Shown here piece after piece: positions 1-11,226 of a stretch of 32,000 bases of DNA. The first letter of the stretch is position 1, and every line of letters begins with the position of its first letter. The DNA is from Desulfobulbus propionicus DSM 2032 (GTDB lineage: Bacteria; Desulfobacterota; Desulfobulbia; Desulfobulbales; Desulfobulbaceae), in the NCBI RefSeq assembly GCF_000186885.1, contig NC_014972.1:2820001-2852000 (forward strand), read 5' to 3'. A model generated the notes under the pieces. That model was not told the origin of the DNA and did not search any database. It saw only the letters and a list, made by a program, of their open reading frames with translations. Both the position numbers and the translations under genes were made by a program.

Positions 1-263
1 GCCAGGTTGACCACCGCATCGAACTGTTCACGGGCAAACAGGGCCGCCGTCCGCTCCCGGTCGGCCATGTCAAACTCGACATGGTGGAAGGCGGCGAAAG
101 CCTGCAACTCGGCCAAGCGGTCCCGTTTGAGTTGCGGATCGTAATAATCGTTGAGATTATCGAGCCCGACAACCGAGCGCCCTTCCGCCAACAGTCGAAG
201 GGTCAAGGCGTGACCAATGAAGCCGGCCGCGCCGGTAACCAATATCTTGTGCAACGCTTTCAA
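1..263 (-). CDS. NAD-dependent epimerase/dehydratase (nucleotide-sugar epimerase family), N-terminal part only, runs off window
   Basis: Reverse strand reads LKALHKILVTGAAGFIGHALTLRLLAEGRSVVGLDNLNDYYDPQLKRDRL..., with Rossmann GxxGxxG and the LDNLNDYYD motif typical of UDP-glucuronate epimerase-like proteins. Probable TTG start at 263 behind an AGGAGG site. Confidence 0.85.
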   Translation of the reverse strand, partial: MKALHKILVTGAAGFIGHALTLRLLAEGRSVVGLDNLNDYYDPQLKRDRLAELQAFAAFHHVEFDMADRERTAALFAREQFDAVVNL

Positions 264-307
264 TGCCTTCCTCCTCTCTTTCCCGCAGCCTGGAACCACG
301 ATCCAGG

Positions 308-1588
308 TCAGTCGTCAAAATTCCCCTGCGGCCCCTTGTCGGTGGACAAGGTGGCGCCCCATTCCCTGATCTTGGCCACGGTCCAGTTCTCGGGCGACTC
401 GATCCGGCCGGTTTTCGGACCGATATCGTAGGAACCGGCCTCAAGTATGGCCTCGACGCCAAAACGGGCGGTGTCTGCGGCATTGAACACTTCCACCAGC
501 ATGGTGTAGATAAAATTTTCCACCCGCCGGGCCATCCGTTCACGAATTGCCTTGGGCTGGCCCATGATTTTATTTTCAAACGGCAGGTTCAAGTTCTTGT
601 AATCGCCTGTTTTCCAACCCTTGCTCTCGGCATGGGCGCGCATCGCCTGCCATAGCTCCTCAGTGACACCCTCGCCGGGAATTTTGATAAAATCACCGTT
701 GGCGTCAAGAGCCGCATTGCCATAATCGTTGACTTCCAATCCCCAGGAAACCATTTGCAACGCGGTGGCCACATTGGCCTTGGTGGTGTAGGTCTGGGCG
801 GCGATTGCTCGCAGCCGATCGGAGTTGTTGCCCGAGGTGCCGTGTTGGGCTCCGGACACCGCATAACCGGCCAGCGCCTTGTGGATGTCGGCGGTCAGTT
901 CCACCTGAATTCCTTGGGCGGATGCCTCGATGCCATGGGTCGTGCCGTTGTTGAGTGCGATCCAATCGGGAAAAATATCGTGCGCGTTGAGCCCCTGGAT
1001 GATGAACAAGGCCTCTTCCTTGGTGGACAGGCCAAGTTTACCTTTGATTTCCCCGACCTCGGTTTCCAGACCGGCCCAAACGGGAACATACTTGGCCAGT
1101 TCGATGCTGGCCAGCAGGTTGTCGGCATCGGGCATGTGCGAGGCGTCGATGGCGATTGAAGTGATGCCTGCCTCGAAGATGGTGGGGATTTCGACCGCCG
1201 CCACCGGCACATCCTCAGCCTTCTTGATGCCATAGTGATCGGCATGAATAGCCACCGGCACGGTAATGGCCAGCTCGTTGCACAGCGCGTCCACCTGACG
1301 GGCAATGTTCCAGTAGTTGACGGGGCAGTAGGCGTTAGCTCCGCCCTCGGATCGGGCAATCTCGATGATGATGGCCGCATGGGCCCGCTGCGCCGCCTGA
1401 AGGGCCCCACGGATAATCAAGTGATTTCGACCATTGGCGGCAATGGTCATCGCGCCACCCTTGGCCAGCATCGCGCGGTCGATCACCTTGCCGCTGACGA
1501 TCAGGGCGCGTGAATGGGGAAACAGGGTGCGAATATTCGGCGGCCGGCCGATCTCCAGGGCTTTTTCAAAATCAGCTATATAGGACAT
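308..1588 (-). CDS. Class II fructose-bisphosphate aldolase-like protein (long form, 426 aa)
   Basis: ORF MSYIADFEKALEIGRPPNIRTLFPHSRALIV...; HADHYG metal-site-like motif, GLETEVGEIKG, NNGTTHG, SGAQHGTSG. GGAGG ribosome-binding site immediately upstream. Confidence 0.8.
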   Translation of the reverse strand: MSYIADFEKALEIGRPPNIRTLFPHSRALIVSGKVIDRAMLAKGGAMTIAANGRNHLIIRGALQAAQRAHAAIIIEIARSEGGANAYCPVNYWNIARQVDALCNELAITVPVAIHADHYGIKKAEDVPVAAVEIPTIFEAGITSIAIDASHMPDADNLLASIELAKYVPVWAGLETEVGEIKGKLGLSTKEEALFIIQGLNAHDIFPDWIALNNGTTHGIEASAQGIQVELTADIHKALAGYAVSGAQHGTSGNNSDRLRAIAAQTYTTKANVATALQMVSWGLEVNDYGNAALDANGDFIKIPGEGVTEELWQAMRAHAESKGWKTGDYKNLNLPFENKIMGQPKAIRERMARRVENFIYTMLVEVFNAADTARFGVEAILEAGSYDIGPKTGRIESPENWTVAKIREWGATLSTDKGPQGNFDD

Positions 1589-1739
1589 GCGTTCCCTCCT
1601 ATTGACAATGCATCTGGTTCAAGATTGGGCGTTTTTTCATTCATGCAAACAATACCGCTGCCACACATAAAGTAAACGAGTCCGGCGTGAGTCGGCAAGG
1701 ACAAATCCATCGTGTTCCGGGGGGGCCTGTTGCTCGCCC

Positions 1740-2584
1740 TCACAGCGGGCCTCGTTGCTCGTCGCCCTCGCCTTCGGCGTCAAAACCGGCCGGCTTTGCC
1801 TCGGTTTTGGACGGAAAACCTGCCAAGGTCGTGCGGGCGAAGAGAACCACCGCGAGGATACTGATTTCGTAGAGCACGATCAACGGTCCGGCCATCAGCA
1901 GTTGGTTGACCACGTCCGGGGTGGGAGTCAGGATGGCGGCAAGGACAAAGGCTATCAAGAGCGCATACTTACGGTTCTTTTTCAAGAACGATCCGCTGAC
2001 CACCCCAATCTTGCCGAGGAAGACCATGAACACCGGCAGCTCAAAAATAACGCCAAAGGCAAACAACAGGCGTAAAGCGAGAGAGAAATACTCGTCGACC
2101 GCCGGCATGGGTTCCAGAAAGGCGCTGGAATAGCCGAGCAGAAAGCGAAAAGCCGGGGGAAAGACGACAAAATAGCCGAAGGCTGCGCCGCCGACGAAAC
2201 AGAGGGTGGAAATCACGGTAAAGGGCACCAGCACCAGCTTTTCGTGGCGATAGAGTCCCGGAGAGATAAATCGCCAAATTTGCGAGAAAATCACCGGGCT
2301 AGCCAGGAGAACGCCGCAAACCAGCGCGAGCTTTAGATAAAAAAAAACCCTTCCTGGTACGAGGTGAAGATCAGCGGTTTTCCCGGAGGCAGCACCTTGA
2401 TCAGCGGGCGAAGAAACCAATCGGCCAACGGCCGGACAAAACTGTAGGCAGCGGCAAAACCGGCGCCCACCGCAGCCAAGGAAATCAGCAGACACGAACG
2501 CAACTCGGCCAGATGTTCGGTCAGGGTCTGCTGTTCGAATTGTTCCTGTGTTTCCACGTGCTCTATCCCAACTTCATGATTCAA
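1740..2584 (-). CDS. tatC: Sec-independent (twin-arginine) translocase subunit TatC, interrupted by a frameshift at a T9 run (+ strand A9 at 2339-2347)
   Basis: N-terminal part is the ORF starting at 2584 (MNHEVGIEHVETQEQFEQQTLTEHLAELRSCLLISLAAV...KPLIFTSYQEGFFFI*). The C-terminal part is in another frame (FFYLKLALVCGVLLASPVIFSQIWRFISPGLYRHEKLVL...LTPTPDVVNQLLMAGPLIVLYEISIL). Together they make a complete TatC. Confidence 0.9.
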
Positions 2585-2717
2585 AAAAATTTTTTCCTTT
2601 CTACCCCATCACGCCCTTAAAGTAAACCGATTATGGATAATGTTTGACTTCGGCTTCTCCTTGGGGCTACACTGTCTGATATGTCCAATAGATTGATTTG
2701 CAAGGGTTTTTACAACT

Positions 2718-4100
2718 ATGAACATGGCTTCCATTCTTGTTGTCGATGACGAACTGAGCATGCGCGAGTTCCTCAAGATTCTTCTTGAAAAAGAAGGCTA
2801 TCAGGTAGCGACGGCGGCCGATGGCCAAGCAGCTCTCGAGCGTGCGGAAAAAACCGCCTTTGACCTGGTGATCACCGACATTCGCATGCCCGGCATGAGC
2901 GGTTTGGACCTGTTGGCGCGACTCAAGCAACTGCAAGCGGATATCGGGGTGATCATGATTACCGCCTTCGCCTCGCCCGACGATGCGGTGACGGCCATGA
3001 AGAGCGGAGCCTTCGACTACATCACCAAACCCTTTAATGTCGACGAAATCAAGACGGTTATCCGGGCCGTGCTGAAAAAAAGGCCGCAGGTCGAAAGCAA
3101 AGCTTGCAGCGGCTTTCCCGAGATCATTGGTCAGAGTCCGGAGATGATGAAGATTTTCGACCTGATCACCAAGATCGCGCCGACACCCGCCAACGTGCTC
3201 ATCTACGGGGAATCCGGGACCGGCAAGGAGCTGGTGGCCAAGGCTATCCACAATCGTTCTCGGGTGGCGAACAACCCCTTTGTGCCCATCACCTGCAGCG
3301 CCATTCCCGAAAGCCTGCTCGAAAGCGAGTTGTTCGGTCACGTCAAGGGTTCCTTTACCGGGGCAATTGCCGACAAGGCAGGGCTGTTTCAGCAGGCGGA
3401 CGGTGGCACCGCCTTTCTTGACGAAATCGGCGAGCTGACGCCAATCATCCAGACCAAGCTCCTGCGTGTCCTCCAGGAGCGGGAATTCATGCCGGTGGGA
3501 TCGACCAAAACCCGTCAGGTCAATGTGCGGATCATTGCCGCCACCAATCGCATCCTTGAACAGGAAATTATTTCCGGAAAATTCCGCGAGGATCTCTATT
3601 ACCGTCTGGCCGTGGTTCCCATTCGGGTGCCGCCTCTGCGGGAGCGGCGCGGCGACGTCCCCCTGCTGGTCGATCACTTCCTGAAAAAATATTCGACCTT
3701 GCTGGGCAAGGAGATTCAAACCATCAGCTCCTACGGGATGGAGGTGCTGATGCAGTATGATTTTCCCGGCAATGTTCGCGAATTGGAAAACATTATCGAA
3801 CGGGGCGTCGCGCTCGAATCCTCCAATATCATCCTCCCTGAAAGCCTGATCCTTTCTCTGCACCGCCAGGAAAAAAACAAACCGAAAACGGAAGGGGTTC
3901 CCCCACCGCTTTTTGTTGCCGCCCACAACGAAGAGGAACTTTTTGCCCAAGGGCTGGAAGAGATCCTGCAACGGGTGGAGAAGGAAATGATTCTCCATGC
4001 CCTGGCCAAGGCCGACAATTCAAAAATGCGGGCGGCTGATCTGCTGAAACTCAGTTTTCGCAGCCTGCGCTACAAGACCAAAAAACACGGTATCGACTGA
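2718..4100 (+). CDS. Sigma-54-dependent response regulator (REC-AAA+-HTH), NtrC/PilR-like
   Basis: Receiver ILVVDDE...LVITDIRMPG; Walker A GESGTGKE; GSFTGA loop; FLDEIGEL Walker B; PGNVRELENIIER; C-terminal Fis-like HTH (KADNSKMRAADLLKLSFRSLRYKTKKHGI). Confidence 0.93.
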   Translation: MNMASILVVDDELSMREFLKILLEKEGYQVATAADGQAALERAEKTAFDLVITDIRMPGMSGLDLLARLKQLQADIGVIMITAFASPDDAVTAMKSGAFDYITKPFNVDEIKTVIRAVLKKRPQVESKACSGFPEIIGQSPEMMKIFDLITKIAPTPANVLIYGESGTGKELVAKAIHNRSRVANNPFVPITCSAIPESLLESELFGHVKGSFTGAIADKAGLFQQADGGTAFLDEIGELTPIIQTKLLRVLQEREFMPVGSTKTRQVNVRIIAATNRILEQEIISGKFREDLYYRLAVVPIRVPPLRERRGDVPLLVDHFLKKYSTLLGKEIQTISSYGMEVLMQYDFPGNVRELENIIERGVALESSNIILPESLILSLHRQEKNKPKTEGVPPPLFVAAHNEEELFAQGLEEILQRVEKEMILHALAKADNSKMRAADLLKLSFRSLRYKTKKHGID

Positions 4101-4155
4101 CGGATCTTTTGTCTGCCAGCCGCTGCCGGCGCAACCTCAACCACCGCCGCACGCC

Positions 4156-5871
4156 ATGGTTCGTTTCATCTCCAGGATTTTTTCCCCGGTCACCAACAGC
4201 GAACAGGAAACCCGACGGCATATTCTGTTGTGGATACTGATCCGGGTCATGCTGTTCACCCTGCTCATCACCATTACCACCTACCTGCGGGAAAAAGGGC
4301 ATCCCGTGATCCTGCCGCCAGCATCCGTGACCTCCCTGTTTCTCCTCGGGATTTACGGTTTTTCCATCACCTCCGCGCTGCTACTGCGGAAAGCGGGGTG
4401 GCCGGCACGGCACTTCGCCATCAGCCAGCTCTTTTGCGACACCGTTTTCTACGCTCTTGTTGTCTATAGCACGGGCTGCAGCCAATCCAACTTCACCGCC
4501 CTCCTCGTTCTACCGGTCATTGCCGGAGGGTTGCTCCTGTATCGAATCGGTGCCCTGTTCCTCGCCGCGACCGCTACCCTGCTTTACGGCGGATTGCTTG
4601 CCCTCGAATTCTTCGACAGGGTGCCAGGGTATTTTCTTGCGTCGGCCTATAGACCGCCCGCCACCATTCTGACCGGCATCAATCTTTTCGCCATCTACGG
4701 CCTGATCTTCTTTCTCGCTGCCCTGCTCAGCGGGCAACTGGCACGGCGGCTGAGCGCCACCGAGGAAAAATTGAGCCGGACATCCTTGGAATATGACCGG
4801 TTATCGATCCTCTACAAACAGATCTTTGACGATATTTCCACCGGAATTATCACCACTGACCAAAACGACTTCGTCACCTCATATAATCAGGCGGCGGAAA
4901 GAATTACCGGTTATCCGCGGGAAAAGGTCCTCGGCCAGCCGTTTAACCGCTGTTTTCCTGCCATCCGCCTTCTGGAAAAACAGGGTCGCAGTGTCTGTGA
5001 TTTTCTGAAAAACGAGGGGACGCCGATTCGGATCGGGTACTCCTTTTCCTACCTCAACATGCCGGGGCAGGAACGACAGGAGGATCGCCAAGGCAAATGG
5101 AAGGTGATCACCTTGCAGGACATCAGTCAAATCGAACGGATGGAACGACAGATGCGGGAGGCGGAAAAGATGGCGGCCATCGGCGAATTAAGTGCTTCCA
5201 TTGCCCACGATTTCAGGAATCCGCTGGCAGCCATTTCCGGTTCGGCCCAGATCCTGGCCATGGAACACAACCCGCTCGAAACCCTCGACGCCACCACCTT
5301 CAAGACCCTGGTGGCTATTATCTCTCGGGAATCCAACCGAATGGCCAAGACAATCACCGACTTCCTCCAATTTGCCCGCCCCGCGCCGATCCAGCCGGAG
5401 TGGTTTGATTTCAACCGGGTGGTCGATGAAGTCATCGCCCACCTATCGGCCGGAACCAAAACCGCCGCTGTCACGGAAATTCGCAAGGAGATCGCCGAAC
5501 ATCTCGACTGCTGGGCCGATCGTCAGCAAATGCAAACCATCCTCGGCCATCTGCTGGAGAATGCTTCCTCAGCCATGGGGGCCAGTCCAGGCTCAATCGT
5601 CATTGCCGCCCACGACAATGACAGGACCGGAGACGGTCAAGGCTCCCTGTGGGTGGAGATTCGCGATCAGGGACCTGGGATACCGCCTGAACTGCGGGAC
5701 AAGGTCTTTACCCCTTTTTTTTCTAGCCGTACCGATGGCACGGGCCTGGGATTGTCGATAGTCCGTCAAATCGTGGAAAATCACTGCGGCACAGTCGAAA
5801 TCGACAGCGCCACCCCCCAAGGCTGCATCGTTCGCCTGCGTTTTCCCCTGCCCCAGGGGGTTACGCCTTGA
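4156..5871 (+). CDS. Membrane-bound PAS sensor histidine kinase, PilS-like
   Basis: N-terminal hydrophobic segments; PAS-like [29 protein letters not shown]; H-box [20 protein letters not shown]; N-box [10 protein letters not shown]; [18 protein letters not shown]. Immediately downstream of the NtrC-like regulator. Confidence 0.92.
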   Translation: MVRFISRIFSPVTNSEQETRRHILLWILIRVMLFTLLITITTYLREKGHPVILPPASVTSLFLLGIYGFSITSALLLRKAGWPARHFAISQLFCDTVFYALVVYSTGCSQSNFTALLVLPVIAGGLLLYRIGALFLAATATLLYGGLLALEFFDRVPGYFLASAYRPPATILTGINLFAIYGLIFFLAALLSGQLARRLSATEEKLSRTSLEYDRLSILYKQIFDDISTGIITTDQNDFVTSYNQAAERITGYPREKVLGQPFNRCFPAIRLLEKQGRSVCDFLKNEGTPIRIGYSFSYLNMPGQERQEDRQGKWKVITLQDISQIERMERQMREAEKMAAIGELSASIAHDFRNPLAAISGSAQILAMEHNPLETLDATTFKTLVAIISRESNRMAKTITDFLQFARPAPIQPEWFDFNRVVDEVIAHLSAGTKTAAVTEIRKEIAEHLDCWADRQQMQTILGHLLENASSAMGASPGSIVIAAHDNDRTGDGQGSLWVEIRDQGPGIPPELRDKVFTPFFSSRTDGTGLGLSIVRQIVENHCGTVEIDSATPQGCIVRLRFPLPQGVTP

Positions 5872-7153
5872 CCTTGTTGACTTTGGCCCCCACGCCCTGC
5901 AGTTTTTCCACCATATTCTCATAGCCCCGTTCAAGGTGATAAATTCTCGACACCTCGGTTGTGTCGCTGGCGGAGAGGCCGGCAATGACCAGGGAAGCGG
6001 AGGCCCGAAGATCCGTGGCCATCACCGGCGCTCCGCAGAGCTTGTCGCGGCCGATGCCCCGCACCACAGCCCTCGATCCTTCAATGGCAATGTCGGCCCC
6101 CATCCGTTTCAGTTCGGCAACATGCATGAACCGATTTTCAAAGATCGTTTCATGAATGATCGAGGTGCCATCGCCCTGGACCATCAGGGCCATGAATTGG
6201 GCCTGAAGATCCGTGGGAAAACCGGGATACGGCAAGGTGGTGATGTCGACGCTGCGCAAGCGGCACAGGCTCCGACCTCCTATCTCGGGGCAGGAAACGG
6301 TCAGGGATGTTGCGCCCGCCTCGATCTCTACCCCGCACAGGAGCAGTTTCTCCGTGAGCGCGGAGACATGGGCAGGAATGCAGTCGGTGATGGTCATGCA
6401 GCCGCCGGTGGCCGCCACCGCGATCATATAGGTTCCGGTTTCAATCCGATCAGGAATGATGGCCGATTCGGTCGCGTGCAGTCGATCCACCCCCTGCACG
6501 ACCAGCCGATCCGTATCCTTGCCCTCGATCTCGGCGCCCATGGCAACCAGCATGTCAATCAGATTGCCCACTTCGGGCTCCTTGGCCGCATTCTTGATAA
6601 CTGTCTCTCCCCGGGCCACCACCGAGGCCATGAGTACGTTTTCCGTCCCGGTAACTGAAGGGATGTCAAAATAAATGGTATTGCCCCGCATCCGCCCCTC
6701 GCCCCGGGCTTCCACATACCCCTGCTCAAGGTGGGTGGTGACCCCCAGTTTTTCAAATCCCTGCAGGTGATAATTGATTGGCCGGGCACCAATGGCACAC
6801 CCGCCGGGCAGGGATACACGGGCAAAACCGGAACGGGCCAGCAGGGGGCCAAGGACCAGGACCGAAGCGCGCATGGTTTTCACCAAATCATAGGGCGCCT
6901 CGACGCCGGTGAGATGGTCGCTGTTGATGCGCACAGTATGCCCTGCACGCTCCCACCGTGCGCCAAGGATTTCAAGCAGCTTGAGCATGGTCCGGGTATC
7001 GCGGAGATCCGGGACATTGTGCAGCGTATGCACGCCTGGCGCCAGCAGGGTTGCGGCTAACAGGGGCAGCGCGGCATTTTTCGCCCCACTGATACCGACC
7101 GTGCCATACAGGGGAAATCCGCCTTCGATAACAAGTTTATCCATAAAAATCAC
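5861..7153 (-). CDS. murA: UDP-N-acetylglucosamine 1-carboxyvinyltransferase
   Basis: [15 protein letters not shown] near the N-terminus; [17 protein letters not shown] (catalytic Cys loop); GYPTDLQAQ-like [14 protein letters not shown]; [12 protein letters not shown]. Start may instead be 7144 (MDKLVIEGG). Confidence 0.97.
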   Translation of the reverse strand: MIFMDKLVIEGGFPLYGTVGISGAKNAALPLLAATLLAPGVHTLHNVPDLRDTRTMLKLLEILGARWERAGHTVRINSDHLTGVEAPYDLVKTMRASVLVLGPLLARSGFARVSLPGGCAIGARPINYHLQGFEKLGVTTHLEQGYVEARGEGRMRGNTIYFDIPSVTGTENVLMASVVARGETVIKNAAKEPEVGNLIDMLVAMGAEIEGKDTDRLVVQGVDRLHATESAIIPDRIETGTYMIAVAATGGCMTITDCIPAHVSALTEKLLLCGVEIEAGATSLTVSCPEIGGRSLCRLRSVDITTLPYPGFPTDLQAQFMALMVQGDGTSIIHETIFENRFMHVAELKRMGADIAIEGSRAVVRGIGRDKLCGAPVMATDLRASASLVIAGLSASDTTEVSRIYHLERGYENMVEKLQGVGAKVNKVKA

Positions 7154-7200
7154 ACCGATGGGAGAAAATCAAACGTTGAAAACCCTGAACGCGTGGACGA

Positions 7201-8061
7201 TCAGGCGGAAGGAACATAGCGAGCTCGCACGACTCGTGGCCGATCCGCCCAGTCGTGGATGACGCTGACTTCCCGGTAGGCAAGCCCTGGAGCATGAAAG
7301 AGGCGCTCCACGGCATGTTTCTGGTCAGCGCCGATTTCAAGAAAGATCCAGCCACCCGGACAAAGAAAGTCCTGTGCGGCTTCAGCGATCCGCGCGATGC
7401 TTTCCAAGCCGCTGGCGCCTCCGGAAAGGGCGAGGCGAGGTTCGGCTTGCGCCACTTCGGGCTCCAGCTGGTCAATCACCGCCTCCGCGATATAGGGCGG
7501 ATTGCTGACGATAAGGTCAAAGGTGCGGGCCGGGTTCAGCGCGGCAAACAGATCGCCACACAGCAGCGTCACCAGGTTGGCGACGCCGTGACACCGCACA
7601 TTGTCGGCCGCCACAGCCAGGGCGGCCTCGGAGATGTCAACGGCGATCACCGGGCGGCCGAGTTCTCGGGCAAGAACGACCGCGATTGCACCACTGCCGG
7701 TGCACATGTCCAACGCTCGTTCCACCGTGGTTCCCGCGCAGGTGGTCAGGACCTGCTCCAGCATGAATTCCGTTTCCGGACGGGGAATGAGCACGGCAGG
7801 CGAAACGGTGAATGCAAGGGACCAGAATTCCTGTACGCCGGTCAGATACTGCAACGGGACACGCTGGCAGCGCTGCTCAATGAGTTGCCGATAGCGCGCC
7901 ACGGTCTGGGAATCGACGCTCTCGTGGCCATGCAGCACCACGTCGCTCCGCGACATTGCCGTCAGATGCTGGAGCAACAGCCGGGCATCAAGCGCGGCCT
8001 CTTCGATGCCGGCCCGCTCCAGTTGCCGGGAGGCGTCGGTGAGCAGTGTATCGATGCGCAT
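7201..8061 (-). CDS. prmC: Peptide chain release factor N5-glutamine methyltransferase
   Basis: LTGVQEFWSLAF, PRPETEFM, MCTGSGAIAVVLA, DLIVSNPPYIAEAV (NPPY motif). Adjacent to prfA. Confidence 0.95.
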   Translation of the reverse strand: MRIDTLLTDASRQLERAGIEEAALDARLLLQHLTAMSRSDVVLHGHESVDSQTVARYRQLIEQRCQRVPLQYLTGVQEFWSLAFTVSPAVLIPRPETEFMLEQVLTTCAGTTVERALDMCTGSGAIAVVLARELGRPVIAVDISEAALAVAADNVRCHGVANLVTLLCGDLFAALNPARTFDLIVSNPPYIAEAVIDQLEPEVAQAEPRLALSGGASGLESIARIAEAAQDFLCPGGWIFLEIGADQKHAVERLFHAPGLAYREVSVIHDWADRPRVVRARYVPSA

Positions 8062-8078
8062 CGAAGGGGGGACAGAGG

Positions 8079-9149
8079 CTAGCGGGTGGATTTCAGCGCT
8101 TCCGTTTGATAATGGGTAATGATCGGCAGGATGATATCGTCCAGCATGCCGGCCATCACCTGATCCAAACGGTACAGGGTGAGATTGATCCGATGATCGG
8201 TGACCCGCCCCTGGGGGAAGTTATAGGTGCGGATGCGCTCGCTGCGATCGCCCGAACCCACCTGGCTTTTCCGTTCCTCGGAAATGCGGTCGTGCCGCTC
8301 CTGCTCCATCTTGTCCAACAGACGGGCTCGCAGGACTTGCAACGCCTTGGCCTTGTTCTTGTGTTGGGATTTTTCGTCCTGACAGGTGACCACCAGGCCG
8401 GTGGGCAGGTGGGTCACGCGGACAGCGGAATCGGTGGTGTTGACCGATTGGCCGCCGGGGCCGGAAGAACGATAGACATCGAACTTCAGCTCATTGGGTT
8501 CAATGTGCAGATCGACCTCTTCCGCTTCGGGTATAATGGCCACGGTCACCGCCGAGGTATGGATCCGCCCCTGGGTTTCGGTATCGGGCACACGCTGCAC
8601 CCGATGGACACCGGATTCGTATTTCAACCGGGAATAGACCTGGGTGCCGCTCACCAAGGCGATCAGTTCCTTAAAGCCGCCGATACCGATGGGATTGGAA
8701 CTCATCACCTCGACCTTCCAGCCCTGCATCTCGGCATAGCGGCTGTACATGCGAAAGAGATCAGCCACAAACAGCGCCGCCTCGTCGCCGCCCGTTCCCG
8801 CTCTGATTTCAAGAAAGATGTTCTTGTCGTCATTCGGATCCTTGGGCAGCAGACGGATCCGGATGGCTTGTTCCAGTTCGGTCTGCTTGACGACAAGCTC
8901 CTCTATCTCGGCCTTGGCCAATTCCACCAGATCGGGATCGTCCTGCTCGGTGCGGATCAGTTCCTGATTGCCAGCGATCTGAGCGCGGACATTGGTGTAA
9001 GCGGCATAGAGTTCGGCGATCTTGGCCACGTTGGCATGTTCACGGACGATTTCCCGATACCGCTGCTGATCGCTCACCAGTTGCGGGTCAGCGAGCTGCC
9101 GCTCAAGCACACCCAGCTTTTCGTCAATATCGCGCAGATTGTCAAACAT
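8079..9149 (-). CDS. prfA: Peptide chain release factor 1
   Basis: [28 protein letters not shown] (GGQ domain), [53 protein letters not shown]. Confidence 0.96.
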   Translation of the reverse strand: MFDNLRDIDEKLGVLERQLADPQLVSDQQRYREIVREHANVAKIAELYAAYTNVRAQIAGNQELIRTEQDDPDLVELAKAEIEELVVKQTELEQAIRIRLLPKDPNDDKNIFLEIRAGTGGDEAALFVADLFRMYSRYAEMQGWKVEVMSSNPIGIGGFKELIALVSGTQVYSRLKYESGVHRVQRVPDTETQGRIHTSAVTVAIIPEAEEVDLHIEPNELKFDVYRSSGPGGQSVNTTDSAVRVTHLPTGLVVTCQDEKSQHKNKAKALQVLRARLLDKMEQERHDRISEERKSQVGSGDRSERIRTYNFPQGRVTDHRINLTLYRLDQVMAGMLDDIILPIITHYQTEALKSTR

Positions 9150-9298
9150 GCTTGATTGCGTTGGGAAAAAGAAAATCCCTCATGACCACGGGCTTCGTCG
9201 CCTCCTATCTTGTCCATCGCTGCCCGGCAGCACGGAAAAAACAGAAGGGCGCAACGCCCGTGATCAGGAGGGCTGGAAAGAAAGGATGACCGGGGTGG

Positions 9299-9517
9299 TT
9301 ATTTTTTCTTGCTGCCCTGGTAGCCGGCATATTTTTTCTTAAATTTCTCAATCCGGCCAGCTGTGTCCACCAGTTTCTGCTTGCCAGTGAAAAAAGGATG
9401 GCAGGCGGAACAGATCTCAACCCGAATCTCGCTGTTCACCGAACCAAGCTCGATTTCATTGCCACAGGCGCACAGTGCCTTGATTTTATGATATTCTGGA
9501 TGGGTATCTGGTTTCAT
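9299..9517 (-). CDS. rpmE: 50S ribosomal protein L31 (Cys-containing, zinc-binding type)
   Basis: [66 protein letters not shown] track begins at 9547, but AAGGAG lies 8 nt upstream of the ATG at 9517. Confidence 0.95.
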   Translation of the reverse strand: MKPDTHPEYHKIKALCACGNEIELGSVNSEIRVEICSACHPFFTGKQKLVDTAGRIEKFKKKYAGYQGSKKK

Positions 9518-9614
9518 GGGTCGTACTCCTTCTGAAAGGTTATCCACAAGAAAATTTGCTCAAAAGAATGGCAATATATCTTTTTTCGTCACTTCTTGAA
9601 AGAAAAAACAAATC

Positions 9615-10862
9615 CTAGCGATTCATGGAGGCAAAAAACTCCTGATTGGTCTTGGTCTGGCTCATCTTGTCCAAAAGAAACTCCATGGCATCGGCGGGAT
9701 TCATGGACGAGAGCAGTTTGCGGAGTATCCAGATCCGGTTCAGATCTTCGGGAGGCAGCAGCAGATCTTCCTTGCGGGTTCCGGACTTCTGGATATCGAT
9801 GGCCGGGTAGATGCGGCGGTTGGCCATTTTCCGATCCAGCACGATTTCCATGTTGCCCGTTCCCTTGAACTCCTCGAAAATCACCTCGTCCATACGGCTG
9901 CCGGTGTCGATCAGGGCGGTGGCGAGGATGGTCAGGCTCCCTCCCTCCTCGACGTTGCGTGCCGCGCCGAAAAACCGTTTCGGTCGGTGCAGGGCATTGG
10001 CCTCGACACCACCGGAGAGAATCTTGCCCGAGGCCGGCGTTACCGTGTTGTAGGCGCGGGCCAGCCGGGTGATCGAATCGAGCAGGATAACCACGTCTTT
10101 TTTATGCTCGACCAACCGCTGGGCCTTCTGGATGACCATCTCCGCCACTTGAATATGGCGCTGCGGCGGTTCGTCGAAGGTCGAACTGACCACCTCGGCA
10201 TCGACACTGCGCTTCATGTCGGTCACCTCTTCCGGGCGCTCGTCGATCAACAGCACGATTAAAATAATCTCTTTGTGATTGGTGACGATGGAGTTGGCGA
10301 TCTTCTGCATCAGCACGGTCTTGCCGGTACGGGGCGGCGCGACGATCAGGCCGCGTTGTCCCTTGCCCAACGGCGCGGTGATGTTCAAAACCCGCATGGA
10401 CAGGTTGTCCGGCGTGGTCTCCAGATTGATCAACTTATCGGGATGCAACGGTGTCAGGTTGATGAAAGCGGTTTTATTTTTCGCCGCTTCCGGCAACTCA
10501 TAATTGATGGTATCCACCTTGAGCAGGGCGAAATACCGTTCGTTGTCCTTGGGCGCACGCACCTCGCCCTCGACACTGTCACCGGTTCGCAGGTTGAGCC
10601 GGCGGATCTGCGACGGCGACACGTAGATATCATCCGGACCGGGCAAATAATTGTAGTCCGGAGCACGAAGAAAACCGAATCCATCCTGGAGGATTTCAAG
10701 CACGCCGCTGCCTCGCAACTTGCCGTCCTCGTCGGCCTGCTCTTTGAGGATGGCAAAAATCAGCTCCTGCTTGGTCATATTGCTGTACCCCTCGATATTG
10801 AGCGATGCAGCAAGGCTGACAAGTTCCTTTATTTTCTTGTTCTTCAACTCGGTTGGATTCAT
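9615..10862 (-). CDS. rho: Transcription termination factor Rho
   Basis: [40 protein letters not shown] (Walker A), [47 protein letters not shown] upstream of the ATG. Confidence 0.98.
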   Translation of the reverse strand: MNPTELKNKKIKELVSLAASLNIEGYSNMTKQELIFAILKEQADEDGKLRGSGVLEILQDGFGFLRAPDYNYLPGPDDIYVSPSQIRRLNLRTGDSVEGEVRAPKDNERYFALLKVDTINYELPEAAKNKTAFINLTPLHPDKLINLETTPDNLSMRVLNITAPLGKGQRGLIVAPPRTGKTVLMQKIANSIVTNHKEIILIVLLIDERPEEVTDMKRSVDAEVVSSTFDEPPQRHIQVAEMVIQKAQRLVEHKKDVVILLDSITRLARAYNTVTPASGKILSGGVEANALHRPKRFFGAARNVEEGGSLTILATALIDTGSRMDEVIFEEFKGTGNMEIVLDRKMANRRIYPAIDIQKSGTRKEDLLLPPEDLNRIWILRKLLSSMNPADAMEFLLDKMSQTKTNQEFFASMNR

Positions 10863-11226
10863 TGACCGGTCATTCCTCCATGAGGTCAGTGGCTGGAAAA
10901 CGCCGATGGGTATCAGCTGTATAAAGATAGATGTTCGCTAATTGGAAAGAACGGCGAGAGGATAGCCAACGCCATTATGTCCGCGCGTTTTCGCGTTCGG
11001 GTAGCTTTAACGAAAGAAGTCTATGGGGTGATGTTCTAGTTAACTATTGGCAAACCGGGCATTGGGGACCGGACGGATCCCGATGATCGAGATAACTGTT
11101 CATTTGACCGCCATCGCACTGCTGGACGGGCCCATCAGGATTCGGTCAAATTATGTATCGGATGCGTGAAATATCAGAACAAGAAACCGATGACTGGAAA
11201 TCGATCCGTTGAGATGCTACCGTGCT

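Noticed and set aside
3345-3365. GSFTGA instead of GAFTGA in the sigma-54 activator
   Set aside because: Noted as a possible loss-of-function variant, but Ser at this position occurs in functional sigma-54 activators, including PilR-like ones.
2667-3998. 443-aa minus-strand ORF opposite the NtrC-like regulator
   Set aside because: Low-complexity His/Gln/Gly-rich translation typical of an antisense frame.
8046-9155. 369-aa plus-strand ORF opposite prfA
   Set aside because: Antisense shadow of conserved prfA.
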